A program made the position numbers and the translations under genes. A stretch of DNA of 64,000 nucleotides from Salpingoeca rosetta (Eukaryota > Protista > Choanoflagellata), in assembly GCA_033442325.1 (NCBI GenBank), contig JAWQFM010000008.1, positions 927,194 through 991,193 on the forward strand. The letters run 5' to 3'. Below are positions 1 through 29,467 of the stretch, one piece after another (within the stretch, counting starts at the first letter, position 1; every line of letters begins with the position of its first letter). The notes under the pieces are model-generated. The model did no database searches and was not told the origin of the DNA. It was given only the letters and a program-made list of their open reading frames with translations.

Positions 1-1136
1 TGTCACACCAGCGTGGACTACAGTTTGCCTCGTGGTTCATGCACTTATCACGCGGACGTATACCTTCTTCCCTTCAAGTGCACCCCACTCACTCAACCAA
101 CAACCACGACAAACACCATCACGACCAACACCATCACGACAAACACCATCACGACAAACACCATCACGACAAACATCATCACGGCAAACACCATCCCCCC
201 TTCCTTTGCCCTTCGTGTGCAGTCGATTCTGGCGCGCAATTCGCGTCTGCTTGCGAGCGAGCGGGCGCGAGAGGAAGAACTGACGGCCGCAGGCAGAGAC
301 CCCGCACTGCCAAACGAGGTACACAGTTGTACACAGTCGCATACCGTATGCCTGCGTGTGTCTGTCTGTGTGTGTGTCTGTGTGTGTACGTGTACAAGCT
401 GCTGCACGTGAGCTCACGCTGAGATAACTTGACGATGTTGCCACCGCTAATTTGGCGACAGGATTTCGTCCGGCAGAAGCGCACCACCACGCGTCGCACC
501 ATCAGCGCCAAAGTGAAGGCGGCGCTTTTCAATGACGCCAAACAGGAGGTGGACATGGCCAAGTTCCTCGCCAAATTCTCCGGTACGCAGCTTCTTTGTT
601 GCCTTCCTTCCTCTCTTCCTTCCTTCCTTCCTTCCTTCGCTTCCTTCCATCTTGATCAACCCAACAAACACACACGCTTGCTGGCACATGTAACCTCGCC
701 CACCGCTGACTGTCGTGCGCGTGCACAGGCATTGAACTGGGCAAGATGTCCATGTTCCGTGCAAAGCACAAGCTGCAATTTGCAAAGGAGGACGAAGCGG
801 CGGTGGCGGCGACAAAGACGGTGACAGATGAGGAACTCAAGCAGCAGCGGGAGGACGAATTGTCCGCTTTGCAGGGCGAAGTGGAGGACTTGGAGTCGTC
901 CTTGCAGGCCATGCGCGACAATCTTGCATCACTGCAGTCCACAGCGGAGGCGCTGGCCGAGCAAACAGCACGCATGCAGGAGGAGAACGAGGCACTCACA
1001 AAGGAGCAGAAAGTTCGCAAGAGGGTACGCGCAGAGATGTGCACATGCCCACGCTTGCATGATGAGTTTTGTCCGCGTGTGTGTAGTCCACTGCCTTCTT
1101 CTCCCTGATTCCCTGATGCGCGACCACCACCACGAC

Positions 1137-1228
<92 letters not shown>

Positions 1229-2959
1229 CCGCGGCAGGTGCTTGATCTTCTGCCGAATGCGGAGGAGAACATGCAGCTGCTCAAGGACAAGATTGACGAG
1301 GTGGCAGCCAAGTTGGCGGCGCTGGCGGAGCGATGGGAGGAGCACCGCGTCGCTCTCATCAAGGAGTACAGAGACCTCAAGGTTGTATTTAATGTCGTTT
1401 GGTGTGTTGCTTGATGGTGTTTGGTGTTGTTTCGTTTGCTCATGTACACGTCGTTTGGGGACACTGCTCTCTGTGTGTGCTTTCGCACGAGCGCTGCCCT
1501 GACCTGCTTCCCCCCACACCATGCCAACACACGCTCGCGTGTTCTGCGCGTTTCCGTGCGCCCGAATCGGCCGCCAGGTTGCTGCCGCGAACAAGAACTC
1601 TGAGGCGCGGAAGCAAGCGGAGAGCATCCAGGAGTTGCGCTCGCAGGCCAAACAGATTATTGCCGACGCAAAGCAGAAGGAACAGCTCTTCCAGCAGCTT
1701 GTGCAGGACTACGAACGCATGAACAAGGTTGCTCAGGGGTGAAGCGTGTGTGTGCGTGTGTGTCTGTGTGTGTGTGTGTGCGTGTGTGTCTGTGTGTGTG
1801 TTTGTGTCTGTGTGTCTGTGTGTTTGGGCATATCTGTGTCTTCTTTCATTCGTTGACGACGGTCAATGCTCATGCACATCCCCTTCCCCTTCACTTCCCT
1901 TTCACCACACCATCGGCGCTCACATGCAATCTTCCTCCTCCTCCCATCGTCATCAGGATATTCTTCGCTCCTCGTACACGTCGCGCATCCTCGAGATTGT
2001 CAAGTCCATCGATAAGCAGAAGCGCGAAATCCAAAAGGTGGGAACAGACACGCACGCAACACGCGTTCACCATCAGGGGCGTTGTTCATCCATACCATGT
2101 ACACGTCACACCCCGCTCACAACTCGCTTTCCACCCACCTTGCCTTCCCTTCCCCATCATCATCATCATCACTTGCTGCAGATTTTGGTTGAGACGCGCG
2201 GGCTGCAGAAGGACCTTGGTCTTCTGGAGGGCAAAATCGAGCGCACATTCACCGTCGCAGAGGAAGAGATCTTCAAGGTCGGCTGGCGCTGAGGGAATGT
2301 GGCATGAGAGTGAGAGTGAGAGAGCGAGCGATACGGGGAACGCGAGAGTGCGTACATGTGTGGAAATGCGTGTGCGTGTGCGTGTGCGTGTGCGCGTGTG
2401 CGCGTGTGCGTGTGCGTGTGTGCGTGTGTGCCCTCACACACACTCCCCATCCCACGAAACTGCCTTTTCCTCTTTCAGGAGTCGAAAGCAAACCCTGCAG
2501 CGCGCCTGGCGTACAAGCATCTTGCCAACCTGCACGCGGAGTGCGGGCGGCTGATTGACGTCGTCAAGTCAACCGGCACCGTTGCGCGCGAGATTCGCGA
2601 TCTCGAGGACCAGGTACTGGTGGTGGTGGTGGTGCTGATGGTGGTGCTGATGTCTTTGAGAGGGGGGGGGGGAGGAAAGCAAATGGAACAAAAGGAAAGT
2701 TGAGCGGACAGAGGCCCCAGCATCTCTTCCAGTTGTCGTGCGTGACGACCATCACACCGCCCTTGCATGTCGTGCCTCACCTTCCCCCCCCCCGTGTCTG
2801 CCCACAACAACCACAACCACAACCACAACCACAACACCCCTTTAGATTGAGGTGGAGCAACGGAAGGACACCCAGAAGAACCTCGATCGCATTTCCGCCG
2901 ATCTCAAAGCGCTCAAGACGGAGAACAAGCAGTTGGCCGAGCAACTCCGCAAAAAGTGA
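1..2959 (+). CDS. CCDC22: CCDC22 (CCC/Commander complex coiled-coil subunit), 3' part; gene starts upstream of the window, multi-exon
   Basis: Spliced exons (about 222-317, 462-582, 730-1024, 1238-1381, 1578-1727, 1957-2037, 2182-2277, 2479-2613, 2846-2959) give the C-terminus DILRSSYTSRILEIVKSIDKQKREIQKILVETRGLQKDLGLLEGKIERTFTVAEEEIFKESKANPAARLAYKHLANLHAECGRLIDVVKSTGTVAREIRDLEDQIE. This matches the conserved CCDC22 C-terminal region (R.AYT.RILEIV.NI.KQK.EI.KIL...AYKYLA.LH..C). Stop TGA is at 2957-2959. Confidence 0.9.
103..195 (+). repeat. 15-bp minisatellite (ACGACAAACACCATC)x~6 in a CCDC22 intron
   Basis: The tandem units are directly visible with single substitutions. Confidence 0.85.
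1137..1227 (+). repeat. (CAT)n microsatellite, intronic
   Basis: About 30 CAT units lie just upstream of the acceptor at about 1237. Confidence 0.95.
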
Positions 2960-3423
2960 TGCGCTGTGCTTGTGCGCTAAGGGGCCGTTGCTTTGTTACA
3001 TGATGACACAACGTGTGTGCGTGTGTGTGTCCCTCTGTGTATGTGTGTGTGTGTGCTTCTGTGTGCATGTGTGTCTTCTTTCTGTCTGTCTGTCTGTGTG
3101 TGTGTATGTGTGCTTCGCGGCAGTTCTGTGAGCGGTGTTTGTTTTGGTTGTCCCTCTTCCTGCTTGATTTGCACTCGCTTCTTCATTTGTCCGTGGTGAA
3201 CACATCTTGTTATCGTTAGGAGCACTCACTACTTGGGTTCGAGTAACAAAACCAGCAAAGCTTGGTCCCAGCAATGAAAAATCAGATCAACTACAAGTTA
3301 ACAAGAAAGAAGGAAGGAAAGAAGAAACACACACACACACACTCTCTCTCTCTCTCAATTACACACTCACCCACTCACCCACTCACCCACCCGCTCACTG
3401 CACACTACACACATGCAACATGT

Positions 3424-19193
<15,770 letters not shown>

Positions 19194-20214
19194 CTGTGGC
19201 ACCGTTGTCTTCCTCTGTTCAGTGTGCGTGTGTGCAATTTGTGTGTGTGTGTGCGTGTGTGAGTTTGTGCATGCATGTGTGTGTGCGATTTGTGTGTGTG
19301 TGTGCAATTTGTGTGCGTGCGTGTGTGTGTGTGTATGTGTGTGTGCGTGTGCGTGTGTGTGTTAAGACCAACAGTGTTGAGGCTCGAGAAGGCCAGTCAA
19401 GTGCATTCATATGACTGTGATCGTACCAAGCCGCGAGGAACATGGGAGTCATACAGCTGTGGTGATTCATCTGTTTCAGTGCACGAGTGCGTGAGTGGAA
19501 TACCGGCAGAGCAATAGGCGATGACTCAGTGGATGCTGAATGTGTGTGTGTGTGTGGGAACAACCTTCGGCGTGTCACAGCATCAGTGATCGGAAAGCGG
19601 GAGAGGCAGGATGGCCGCTCAGTCCAAGACAAGCGTGAGCGTATCCACGCATGCTCACACACACAAAACACACACGCATACGCACACATGCACATACACA
19701 CACACAAAACACACACACACACAAAACACACACACACACACAAAACACACACACATACACACACATACACACACGAATGCGCTCACCTCTGTGATGCCTC
19801 CGGCCAGAGGACTTTTGCAGGAAGCTGGGAGGTGGGGCTGCGAGTGCGAACAGATCACAGTAAACAGCAGGTTCAAAGATCGATGGATGATGATGAGCCA
19901 GGTTGCGTGGGTTGTACGATATTTGGAGATTGAGCAGCTGTTGTAGTGCAATGTGACCAGGCACACACAGACACACACGCACACACGCACACACGCACAC
20001 ACGCACACACGCACACACGCACACACGCACACACACGCACATACACGCACACACGCACACATGTGCACCGCACCTGCGCTTGAGAAGCTGAACTTGTTTC
20101 GCGACACCTGGATGCGATCCACTACGCGTGTGGGGATGTGTGGCTCCATCTCTACCGCTGCTGATCGTGCAGCAAAGAGGAGCTACGTGTATGTGTGTGT
20201 ATACGTGTGTGTAT

Positions 20215-20263
<49 letters not shown>

Positions 20264-20947
20264 GGAAGCTGGCAGGTCTCTCACAACATCAATGCTCAAT
20301 GCAACAAGGTCGCTGCTGCTGTCCTGCGTGTCAGCCGTTTTTGGTTGGTTGGTTGGTTTGTTGGCGTTGGAAACGAGGAATTTCAATTTATGGTGTCGCA
20401 ACAAGAAACCGTCCCGAGCCGAGGCGGATATGGTGCAGTCTCTTCTTGCTTGACAACGCAACTGCAAACAACACACACACACACACACACACATTCACTT
20501 GTCTCGTTTCGTGTTGGTGGTGTGTGTGTGTGCTTTATTGACGACGATGGAGCAAGCAAGGGATGCGGAAGACAAAAGGGGTGATGGGTGTAACCGCTAC
20601 AATACATACATACACACAGTTGTAACATAACATGCAAACAAGAACATGCAAACAAAACAACAAAGACTCTGATGCTGTTGTTGTTGTTGTTGTTGTTGTT
20701 GTGTGCCACTACCACAAGCAAGGGAAACTCATGGCAGGGCGATTCATCCAGGCAACATCGCACGACAAAACATACACACAACAAGAAGCGACCAACACCT
20801 ACGAAACGAAATGCCATAAAGGTCGTGTCACACCACAACATTTTCAATGTCATGTGTCACGCACATCACGGCAACTCTACACACACATGCACACATGCAT
20901 ACACACGCATGCGGGTGTACGTGTGCGTGTGTGAGTGAGAGTTTGGC

Positions 20948-23349
20948 TTAAGCCCTGGGGGCGGTCTCGAGGACGTCTGGGGTGACGGCGTCGACGAAGG
21001 GCTTGAAGCCCTCGACGCAGAGGGCAGCCAGCTCGTTGGCCTGCTTCTCGTAGGCGGCGGCGTCGGACCACGTGTTGCGGGGGTCAAGCACGTCCTCGGG
21101 CACACCGGGGCAGGAGGTGGGCATGTTGAGGTTGAACGTCTCGTGCTTCTTCAGGGGCACGTCCTGCAGCTTGTCGTCGAGGGCGGCGGCAAGCATGGAA
21201 CGGGTGTGCTTGATGCTGAAGCGCTCGCCAACGCCGTATGGGCCGCCAGACCAGCCCGTGTTGAGGAGCCACACGCTGACGTTGTGCTTCTCCATCTTCT
21301 CGCGCAGGAGCTTGGCGTAGACGGTCGGGTGCAGCGGCATGAATGGCAGGCCGAAGCAGGCGCTGAAGGTGGCGGTGGGCTTGGTGACGCCGAGCTCCGT
21401 GCCGGCCACCTTGGCGGTGTAGCCGAGGAGGAACCAGTACTCGGCCTGGGCCGGGGTGAGGCGGGAGATGGGCGGGAGCACGCCAAAGGCGTCGCAGGTG
21501 AGCATGATGACGTTGGCCGGGTGGCCGCCGCAGCCAGAGGCCTGGCGGTTGGGCACAAACTGCAGCGGGTAGGCGGCGCGGGTGTTCTCCGTGATGGAGT
21601 TGTCGCTGAGGTCGAGCGTGCGGGTGACCGGGTGCATGATGACGTTCTCCAGGACGGTGCCAAACTGGCGGGTGGTGTGCCAGATGGTGGGCTCGGCCTG
21701 GGCGGAGAGGCGGATGACCTTGGCGTAGCAGCCGCCCTCAATGTTGGCGACGCCCTCATCGGACCAGATGTGCTCGTCGTCGCCAATGAGCTTGCGCGAC
21801 TCGTCTGCGCTGAGCGTGGTCTTGCCCGTGCCGGAGAGGCCAAAGAAGATGGCCGTGCGGTCGTCGTCGCCGACGTTGGCGGCGGCGTGCATGGTCATGA
21901 TGCCCTTGAGCGGGAGGTAGTAGTTCATGACGGTGAAGATGCACTTCTTCATCTCGCCGGCGTAGTGGGTGCCGCCAATCACGGCCAGGCCCTTGCCCAT
22001 GTGCAGGGAGATGAAGGTGGACGACTTGGTGCCGTCGTGGGCCGGGTCGGCCTTGAGGCCGGGGCAGTGGATGACGGTAAACTTGGGCACGTGGGTCTTG
22101 AGGGCCTCGTCCGTGGGGCGCACGAACATGGTGCGGGCAAAGAGGGCGTGCCACGCCGTCTCGGTGACGATGCGCACGGGCATCTGCGTCTTGGGGTCGT
22201 GGCCGGCAAGCACGTCCATGACGTACACGGTGCGGTTCTGCAGGTAGGCGATGCACTTGCGATGCAGCCAGTTGAAGGCCTCCTCGGACATTTCCTGGTT
22301 CACATCGCCCCAGGCAATGTTCTTCTCAGAGGTGGGCTCGCGCACAAAGTACTTGTCGCCAGCAGCACGGCCAGTGTGCTTGCCTGCATGAAACAGGGCA
22401 AGGAAACGGAAGGGACGAGGCGTGAGCGTGTTGAGGTGATGGTGGGAATTGGGTGAATTGGGTGACGATGTGCAAGCATGATGTGCATCAGTGAGGAGCG
22501 CATCAGTGAGAAGCGCGGCTACTTGCCTCAAACACACACACACACACACACACACAATATCACACACACACACACGATCACGATCACAACAATATAACAC
22601 ACACAACAACAGGCAACACGACATGCAAGCATGCATGCATGCATATAACAGGCAACAAAAACGACACACGCACACACCAGTGCGGACGCAGAGGGGCCCA
22701 AGGTGAACAATGTGGCCTTCACCACGGTGGACGGCGTGCTCGTACAGGGCAGCCGTGGGCAGGTTCCAGTGCTCCTGGTGCACGTTGCCGATGCCATGGT
22801 TGTCCAGCGTGTGGTTGGAAGGGTTGACGGAGCAGTCTGTGGTGGTGGTGGTGGTGGTGGTGGTGGTGGTTTGGTAGGGGAAGCGAAGTGTACCGAAGGC
22901 AAGGCCAACCAAAAAACCAAACGGATCGATTGCGCAATCGAAAACCCCGAAAAGTTGGTGCAGTGGCGAAGAAAGACAAGCAAAGTGGGTGAGGCAATGA
23001 TGGTTGACGCCGGATGATGCTGTCTGTTGTGAAGGAGAGTTGGCTTGGCGACAGAGACAGACAGAGAGACGTGGAAGGAGAAGTGCAGGGAGAGGCAGGC
23101 ACGCACATATGCATGCATGGAAAGAAGCAAGGGTAGGCGGAGACAAGAAGATAGATGGGAAACGAGAAAAGAAAGAACCAACAAACCAAGCAAATGAAGA
23201 AAAAAAAGGCCAAGGCAGTAGCAGCAGCCGCAGCTGCTGCTTGCTGTTGTTCACTGACCAGAGACGGCGCTGGTCTCGTACGGGGCGTCCTTCTGGGTAT
23301 CCCTGTAGGCGGCGTGCACAGGGCCAAGGGGCTCGAGAACGGGAGGCAT
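20948..23349 (-). CDS. pckA: Phosphoenolpyruvate carboxykinase (ATP-dependent, PckA/Pck1 type), 3 exons
   Basis: Exons are 23349-23259, 22838-22679 and 22384-20948. Motifs include TGKHTGRAAGDKYFV, GGTHYAGEMKK, MHAAANVG, the P-loop FFGLSGTGKTTLS, LIGDDEH, NIEGGCYAK, ENTRAAYP, LTCDAFGVLPP and WLLNTGWSGG. Confidence 0.97.
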
Positions 23350-24147
23350 CTTGGAGGCGTTGGTGCGCAAAGAGATAGGGGTGGAGGCGAGGTGCGGAAA
23401 TGCACGCGACGAAGAGCAGGAGGCAGAGGGGAGCCCGCGAGCTGCTCTGGCACTGATCCTAAGGGAGCGAACTAGCACAGAAAGCGTCGTCACGGTGCCG
23501 GGTGTGTGCGTGAACAGGTGGTGGTGCACTTGGGGAGATCAAAGCAGACAGAAAGGTGATGCGGCAAGGGCGCGGAGAAAATGGAGGTTGAGTAAGGCAC
23601 ACACGCACACGCAGCCACAGCACGCAAAAAAAACCACAAAGCCAAAGCGCACAAGGAAAAACCCCCACGTCAGCCACAAGCAAGCAAGCAGAAGCAAGAC
23701 ACATGGGTGGGTTGCTTGAGCAATACCTTCTTCTCAGAGCGCGTTTGCTTTTGCTTGTTGTTTCTGCTCGCTTGTTCGTTGTGGGACACGATGCAACGGA
23801 ATGAATGGCTCTGAAGCAATGCACTCTCCGAATATTTGCCATGTTTTTGTACGACTCGCGAAAAAAAGAGAGAAACGCAACGAACGGAAGACTTGGACCT
23901 TTCATGATGTCGCAACTTCAGACTTTAAACGAGTTGAGCGCGTTTACCACAGGGTCTGTGCGACATGCGACAGGCAAACACATGTAATGCGCTCGTGGTG
24001 GGGAAAACAAACAACACAAGCAAGACAAGAAGCAAGCAAGCAACAACAAAGCGGCTGCTTGAGCCAGCGTAAGCACCTCCAACCACACATCCACCGCACC
24101 TCCAACCACACATCGACCACACAGCAACCACACACCAGCAGTACATC

Positions 24148-25194
24148 ATGTCTGCGTTTGAGAGTGAGGAGCAGCGACTTGCGTACGAGCTGCTATCTTC
24201 GCAGGTACATCCGCACAGGGCCATGGACATTGTGGAGCGCCAGTACACGCGCTCCTACCACGCCGTGTACAAAGGCGCCGAGCCCGTCGCCGCAGCCACC
24301 ATCGGCTCCACGCTCTGGTCCATCGTCGGTGGGCAGGTGGTCACCAACACCGTCAAGAAGCTCAAGAAGCGCAAGGAGGACAACCGCCGCGTCATCGTCA
24401 CCGTCTCCCTCGCAGGCCTCAAGGTGAAGGGAGAGAATGTGTGCGCGCGCGCGTGTGTGTGTGTGTGTGGGTGGGTGGGTGGTTGGGTGTGTCCATGTCT
24501 ATGTCTATGTGTGTGTCTGTGTGTCTGTGTGTCTGTGTGTCTGTGTGTCTGTCGATGTCGATGTCTATGTGTGTCCATCTTTGTGTCTGCGTGTCTGCCT
24601 GCGTGTCTGTATTTATGCCTGTATCTGTGCCTGTATATGTGTGTCACAAACCGCGCTTGCAGGTTCATGTCAGGAACAATAATGCAAGCCCACACACCAC
24701 ACACAGCACACACAGCACACACAGCACACACAGCACACACACAACACGTTATCACACACATTTCATTCTCTCCTCGTGCAATACGCCCACTCTCCCTCCA
24801 CACCCCCCCCCCCTCACTTACCCAAAACACCCTTCTTGCACTAGCTGGAAGATGATCAGGAGATCTTGGCGTTTGAGACTCTGAAGACCATCACCCACGT
24901 GTGCCTGGACCCCTCCGATGCGAAGCGCGTTGCATACCTCTCCCACTACCCGCGTCTCGGCCTCTTCTACTGCCACATCATCAAGTTCCGAGACAAGACC
25001 CTCGCCTCGAAATTCCTCAACCACACCACACAGCTGTGCACCCAAGCCAAGCGCCGGTCCTTCTCTGAGCTCGGGTGAGTCGATCGATAGTAATGCTGCT
25101 GCTTGGGGTGGTGATGGTGCTAGTGTAATGTTGCTACTTCAGCTGAGGATGATGATGTTGTGGCTGCTGAGAAGAACGCATTGTTATTCTTGCG

Positions 25195-25229
<35 letters not shown>

Positions 25230-25531
25230 TGTTTTGTTTTTGTTTTAGTTTTTTGCTTGTTTCGCTGCGGGTGTCTGTGCCATGCCAGCAGTGCGTTCGC
25301 TATGACTCTTCTCACATCCATCGCAACAACACGCATGTGCACGTGCATGCAGCTCGTCTTCTGTTGTGGACGACGACGAAGACGACGACATGCGGTCGGT
25401 GGACTTTGGATTTGAGGACGAAGGGGAGGAGGCAACCGGAATTCGCAAGCAGATTGAGTCGCTCTACGGCGCAACCGTCGCCATTGCAGAGCTCGACTAC
25501 ATCTCCTCTGCACCCCTCACGCAGGTTTGCA

Positions 25532-25574
<43 letters not shown>

Positions 25575-25612
25575 TGTGTGTCTGTGTGTCTGTGTGTCTG
25601 TGTGTGTGTGTG

Positions 25613-25655
<43 letters not shown>

Positions 25656-26723
25656 GTCTGTGTGTCTGTGTGTCTGTGTGTGTCTCTGTCCGCCTCTCTC
25701 TGTCTGTCTGACAGTCTCCATGTGGCTGTGTCACAACTCCTTTTCCATGCGCACGTGTGTTTATCTGCATGCTGCCCCCGTTGTCCGCCCACGCATCCTC
25801 CTCCTCCTCCACCTACCGCCTACCGCTCCCCCCCCCCCCACACACACACACACATAGTGCTCAAGGCATTGCGCAACTCCTCACTAACACCATCTCCTCC
25901 CACTGCTCCCTCTGCTCTCCCCCCTCTTCGCCTCGCACGCGTGCCGCTCTGCTGCTGCCGGCACTGCAGGTTGAGCTGGCGGACGCGTACAAGGACGACT
26001 GCGACCACCTGCAGCTCATCATCGACACACACCTCGGCAAACTCCAGCGGGAGAAGCAGGGCTCTGTCAAGTCGCTCACGCGTCGCAAGTCTTCCATTCG
26101 CCGCATCAAGAACAACGAGGCGCAACACGTCATCCTGATTGCGTCGATGGAGGGTATTCGCGTCGTCGACAGCAAGAGCAAGGAGGAGTTCTTGTTCCAT
26201 TACATCAAGGTCTGCTGCTGCTGCTGCACGTGTACCTTGCTGTTTGTTGATCGTTTGTGGTGTGTTTGTGGTGTTATTGTGTTGGGTTGTGTTTTGTCTG
26301 TCTGTGTGCTGTTTGTGCTTCGTGTTGCGGTGATTGTCGCCTGCAGAGCGCCCCTTCTGGCCCCTTCACCACAGCAACACGCTATTCCACACCCTCCTCG
26401 TTGCCACAACCCCATTCCCCGGGCCATACACTTTCCCTCGCACACACATTCACACATACACACATACACACATACATACACTCACACCATCACACCATCA
26501 CACACACATGCAAACAGGAGGTGAAGCTGTGGGGCCACGTGTGCATGGGCAAGGAGGATCGCGCGTTTGCGTTTGTGTCGTGCGACGCCCACCTCCAGAG
26601 CATCTCCTGCCACATGTTCTTCACCCGAAACGCACAGGACGCCCGCGAGCTCGCGGCAAACGTGAGCGCATGATGCGTGTATCTTTGTGTATGTGTATAT
26701 GTCTGCATCTGTGTCTGTGTCTG

Positions 26724-26754
<31 letters not shown>

Positions 26755-29142
26755 GTGCATGTTTGTCTGTCTGTCTGGCTGGCTGTCTGTCTGGCTGCGT
26801 CTTCACAGCGACGTTGACATGTCGAACATCATGCCTACCCATGTTATGAACCCTCCCCCCCCCCCTCTTTCCAGGTTGGCAAAGCGGTGGAGGCAAGCAA
26901 CAAGATGGACGCGCTTCAGGGCGGTCAGCCGTTCATGCCCGTCGCGCGCACAAAAGGTCCAGTTCTGTCGGTCGTGAGAGCGAGGGCATTGTCATCTGCG
27001 GTGGTGCACGCGTGCCTTGTGCTGCTCGCATCTTCCCGTGTGTCGCATGCTTTGTCCGTGTGACACCGACAATGCCACTTTTGGTCCGCAGGCCACGTAC
27101 CACGGTACCACCGTCGCCACTTTGCGCTCACCCCTCCCATCACACCCACCGCCTCTATTCCATCACCACCACCACCACCCATTACCACCGCGTGACCCGT
27201 TGCATGGTGGCAGGCGAGCTGACCGGTGCGTTGTCGCGACTTGAAGTTGATCGAGACGAAATCCACATGTTGCGGCCCATCGGCGCTGGGCAGGTCGGTC
27301 GTGTGGCTGCTTGGAGGATGGGGGGGGGAGGATTGCGCACACAGGCAATGGATTTGTTTGAGCAAAGTGTGGGCAGAGGGGGATGCACGCGCGAGCTTGT
27401 GTGCACGGTGGCGTGCTGTTACTTGTTCCAACAACCAAGGCTGCTTCCTCTTTTGCATTCACTCGCACACACTCACATTGCGCATACTCACGCATTCACT
27501 CACTCACGCACACAAACACGCCAGTTTGGTGTTGTGTTTGAGGTTGAGCACCAGCTGCCAGGAGTGCCGACGCCGCACATTCGCGCAGTGAAAGCGCTTC
27601 GCCAGGGCGCATCAAAGGTAAGAGGGAAGGTGGTTTGGACACACGTGTGCGTGGTGGCTGTCGTCGCTGTTATTGTCACTGTTCTGCCCTTGATTTCGCT
27701 GCATCCTCATCCAACAATTCTGGTTTGCTCACGCCGTGTGCCGCTGTTGCCTTGTCGCTTTCGTATCTCCCTTTCTCCGCTTCATTCGACGTGCGCGTGA
27801 AGTTGCACATGATTGACTTTGTGCGGGAAGCAGAGATTCTGTCCGAACTGGCGCATCCCAACATCGTCCGGCTCGAGGGCCTGTGTCTGCAGCAGCAGCC
27901 CTGGCTACTCATCGAAGAACTCGTTCCGTAAGTGCTGAACCACAAACACGTTGGTCATCACTATGTCAATACATCACACACACCCTCCCCCCCCCCCTGT
28001 TCACTTTTATCCTGACTCCCTCCACCCATCCTGCCCCCTCCTGCCACACCCCACCCCCTTTCGTCAACACCACCACCAGCTACGGCGATCTTGATTACGT
28101 TCTCCGGGTTGGCCTCGAGCGACGCGTCAACATCAAACTCCCAGAAGTCTTCCACTATTCCCTCCAGGTGTGTGTGTGTGTGTGTCTGTGTGGGTGTGCG
28201 TGTGTGTGTGTGTGTGTGTATGTGTGTGCGTGTGTGCGTGTGTGTGCGTGTGTGTGTGTGCGTGCGTGTGTGTGTGTGTGTGTGCGTGTGTGTTGGGTAT
28301 CCTCTGTCCCGCTTCCCTTCTCACCTTCGTCCCTCCTCCCCTCTCATTCCTCGCCCCTCCCAGATCCTTGCCGGCCTGTCGTATCTGCTTGAGAAGCGGC
28401 TGCTACACCTCGACATTGCTGCCCGCAACATGCTCCTTGGCGCCCGAAATGAGGTCAAGATTGCCGACTTTGGCATGTGCCGCCGCCTTCCAGAGGGCAA
28501 AACCTCCATTGTCGTCAAAGAGCTGCCAAAGGTTCGGAAAGGGTGGATGCTTTGTGCTTCGTGTTTTGCATGCTTTGTGTGTCTGTGTGTCTGTGTGTCT
28601 GTGTGTCTGTGTCTGTCTGTCTGTCTGTCCGGGTAGCTGGTCGCTTGCCTCTCTGCCTGTCCTCTCCGCTGAACCACATGCATGCTTTCCGCTCCTGCAT
28701 CACCCCCCCCCCCCACTTCCATATGCAGGTTGCGACGCGGTGGCTTGCTGTTGAGGCGTTTGACGAGCACCGCCTGTCCGAGAAGAGCGACACGTGGGCG
28801 TTTGCTGTCACCGTGTGGGAGATCTGCACACAGGGCGGCAAGCCGTACAGCGACGTGCACTTCCTCCAGGTTGCGCGCGAAGTGAGGGAGGGGCGACGAC
28901 TTGAGCAGCCGCGTGTGTGCTCAGAGCCGCTGTGGGATGTGCTGATGCGCTGCTGGCACAAGAAGGCGGAGCGCCGGCCCACGTTCAAGGAGGTCACACA
29001 GCTGCTGCTGGATGCAAAGAAGAGGACGGAGACGCCTGACGCTGATCGCGATCTTGGACGCGTTGTCTTCTCGCGCACCATGGGAAAATCCTTCAAGCAC
29101 CAACAGCAGCTGCACCAACAGCAGCGCCCACCCTCTCCCTGA
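24148..29142 (+). CDS. Cytoplasmic tyrosine kinase with two N-terminal PTB-like domains (choanoflagellate HMTK-like), about 12 exons
   Basis: PTB1 reads [11 protein letters not shown]...[11 protein letters not shown]...[22 protein letters not shown]2 reads LDYISSAPL...[15 protein letters not shown]...[18 protein letters not shown]. The kinase domain has [72 protein letters not shown] and [12 protein letters not shown]. The AARN loop and RWLA.E motif mark the tyrosine kinase class. Confidence 0.9.
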
Positions 29143-29383
29143 CGTCACACAAGCGTGTGTGTGTGTGTCTGTCTGTCTGTCTGTCTGTCTGTCATTTCTT
29201 TGCGTGTGAAACTTCCTGCCCCTGAGTGGTTTTGATCCTTGTGCTTCTTGCGCCGCATTGCTTGTCACTAATTATCACTTTGTTTCATTGTTCATACAAC
29301 GTTGCCACCTGGGTGACACGACCGACCCCGGTTGAAGTGAGCCCTCATAAACATTGAGTTGCATCATAAATACACCCGCAGTC

Positions 29384-29466
<83 letters not shown>

Positions 29467-29467
29467 C

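Noticed and set aside
21143-22456. 437-aa plus-strand ORF antisense to PEPCK, and similar long antisense ORFs over the mucin (31927-33276), RNF123 (37124-38539) and the STRA6-like gene (46750-48159)
   Set aside because: These are shadow ORFs caused by high GC3 codon bias, with no recognisable protein features.
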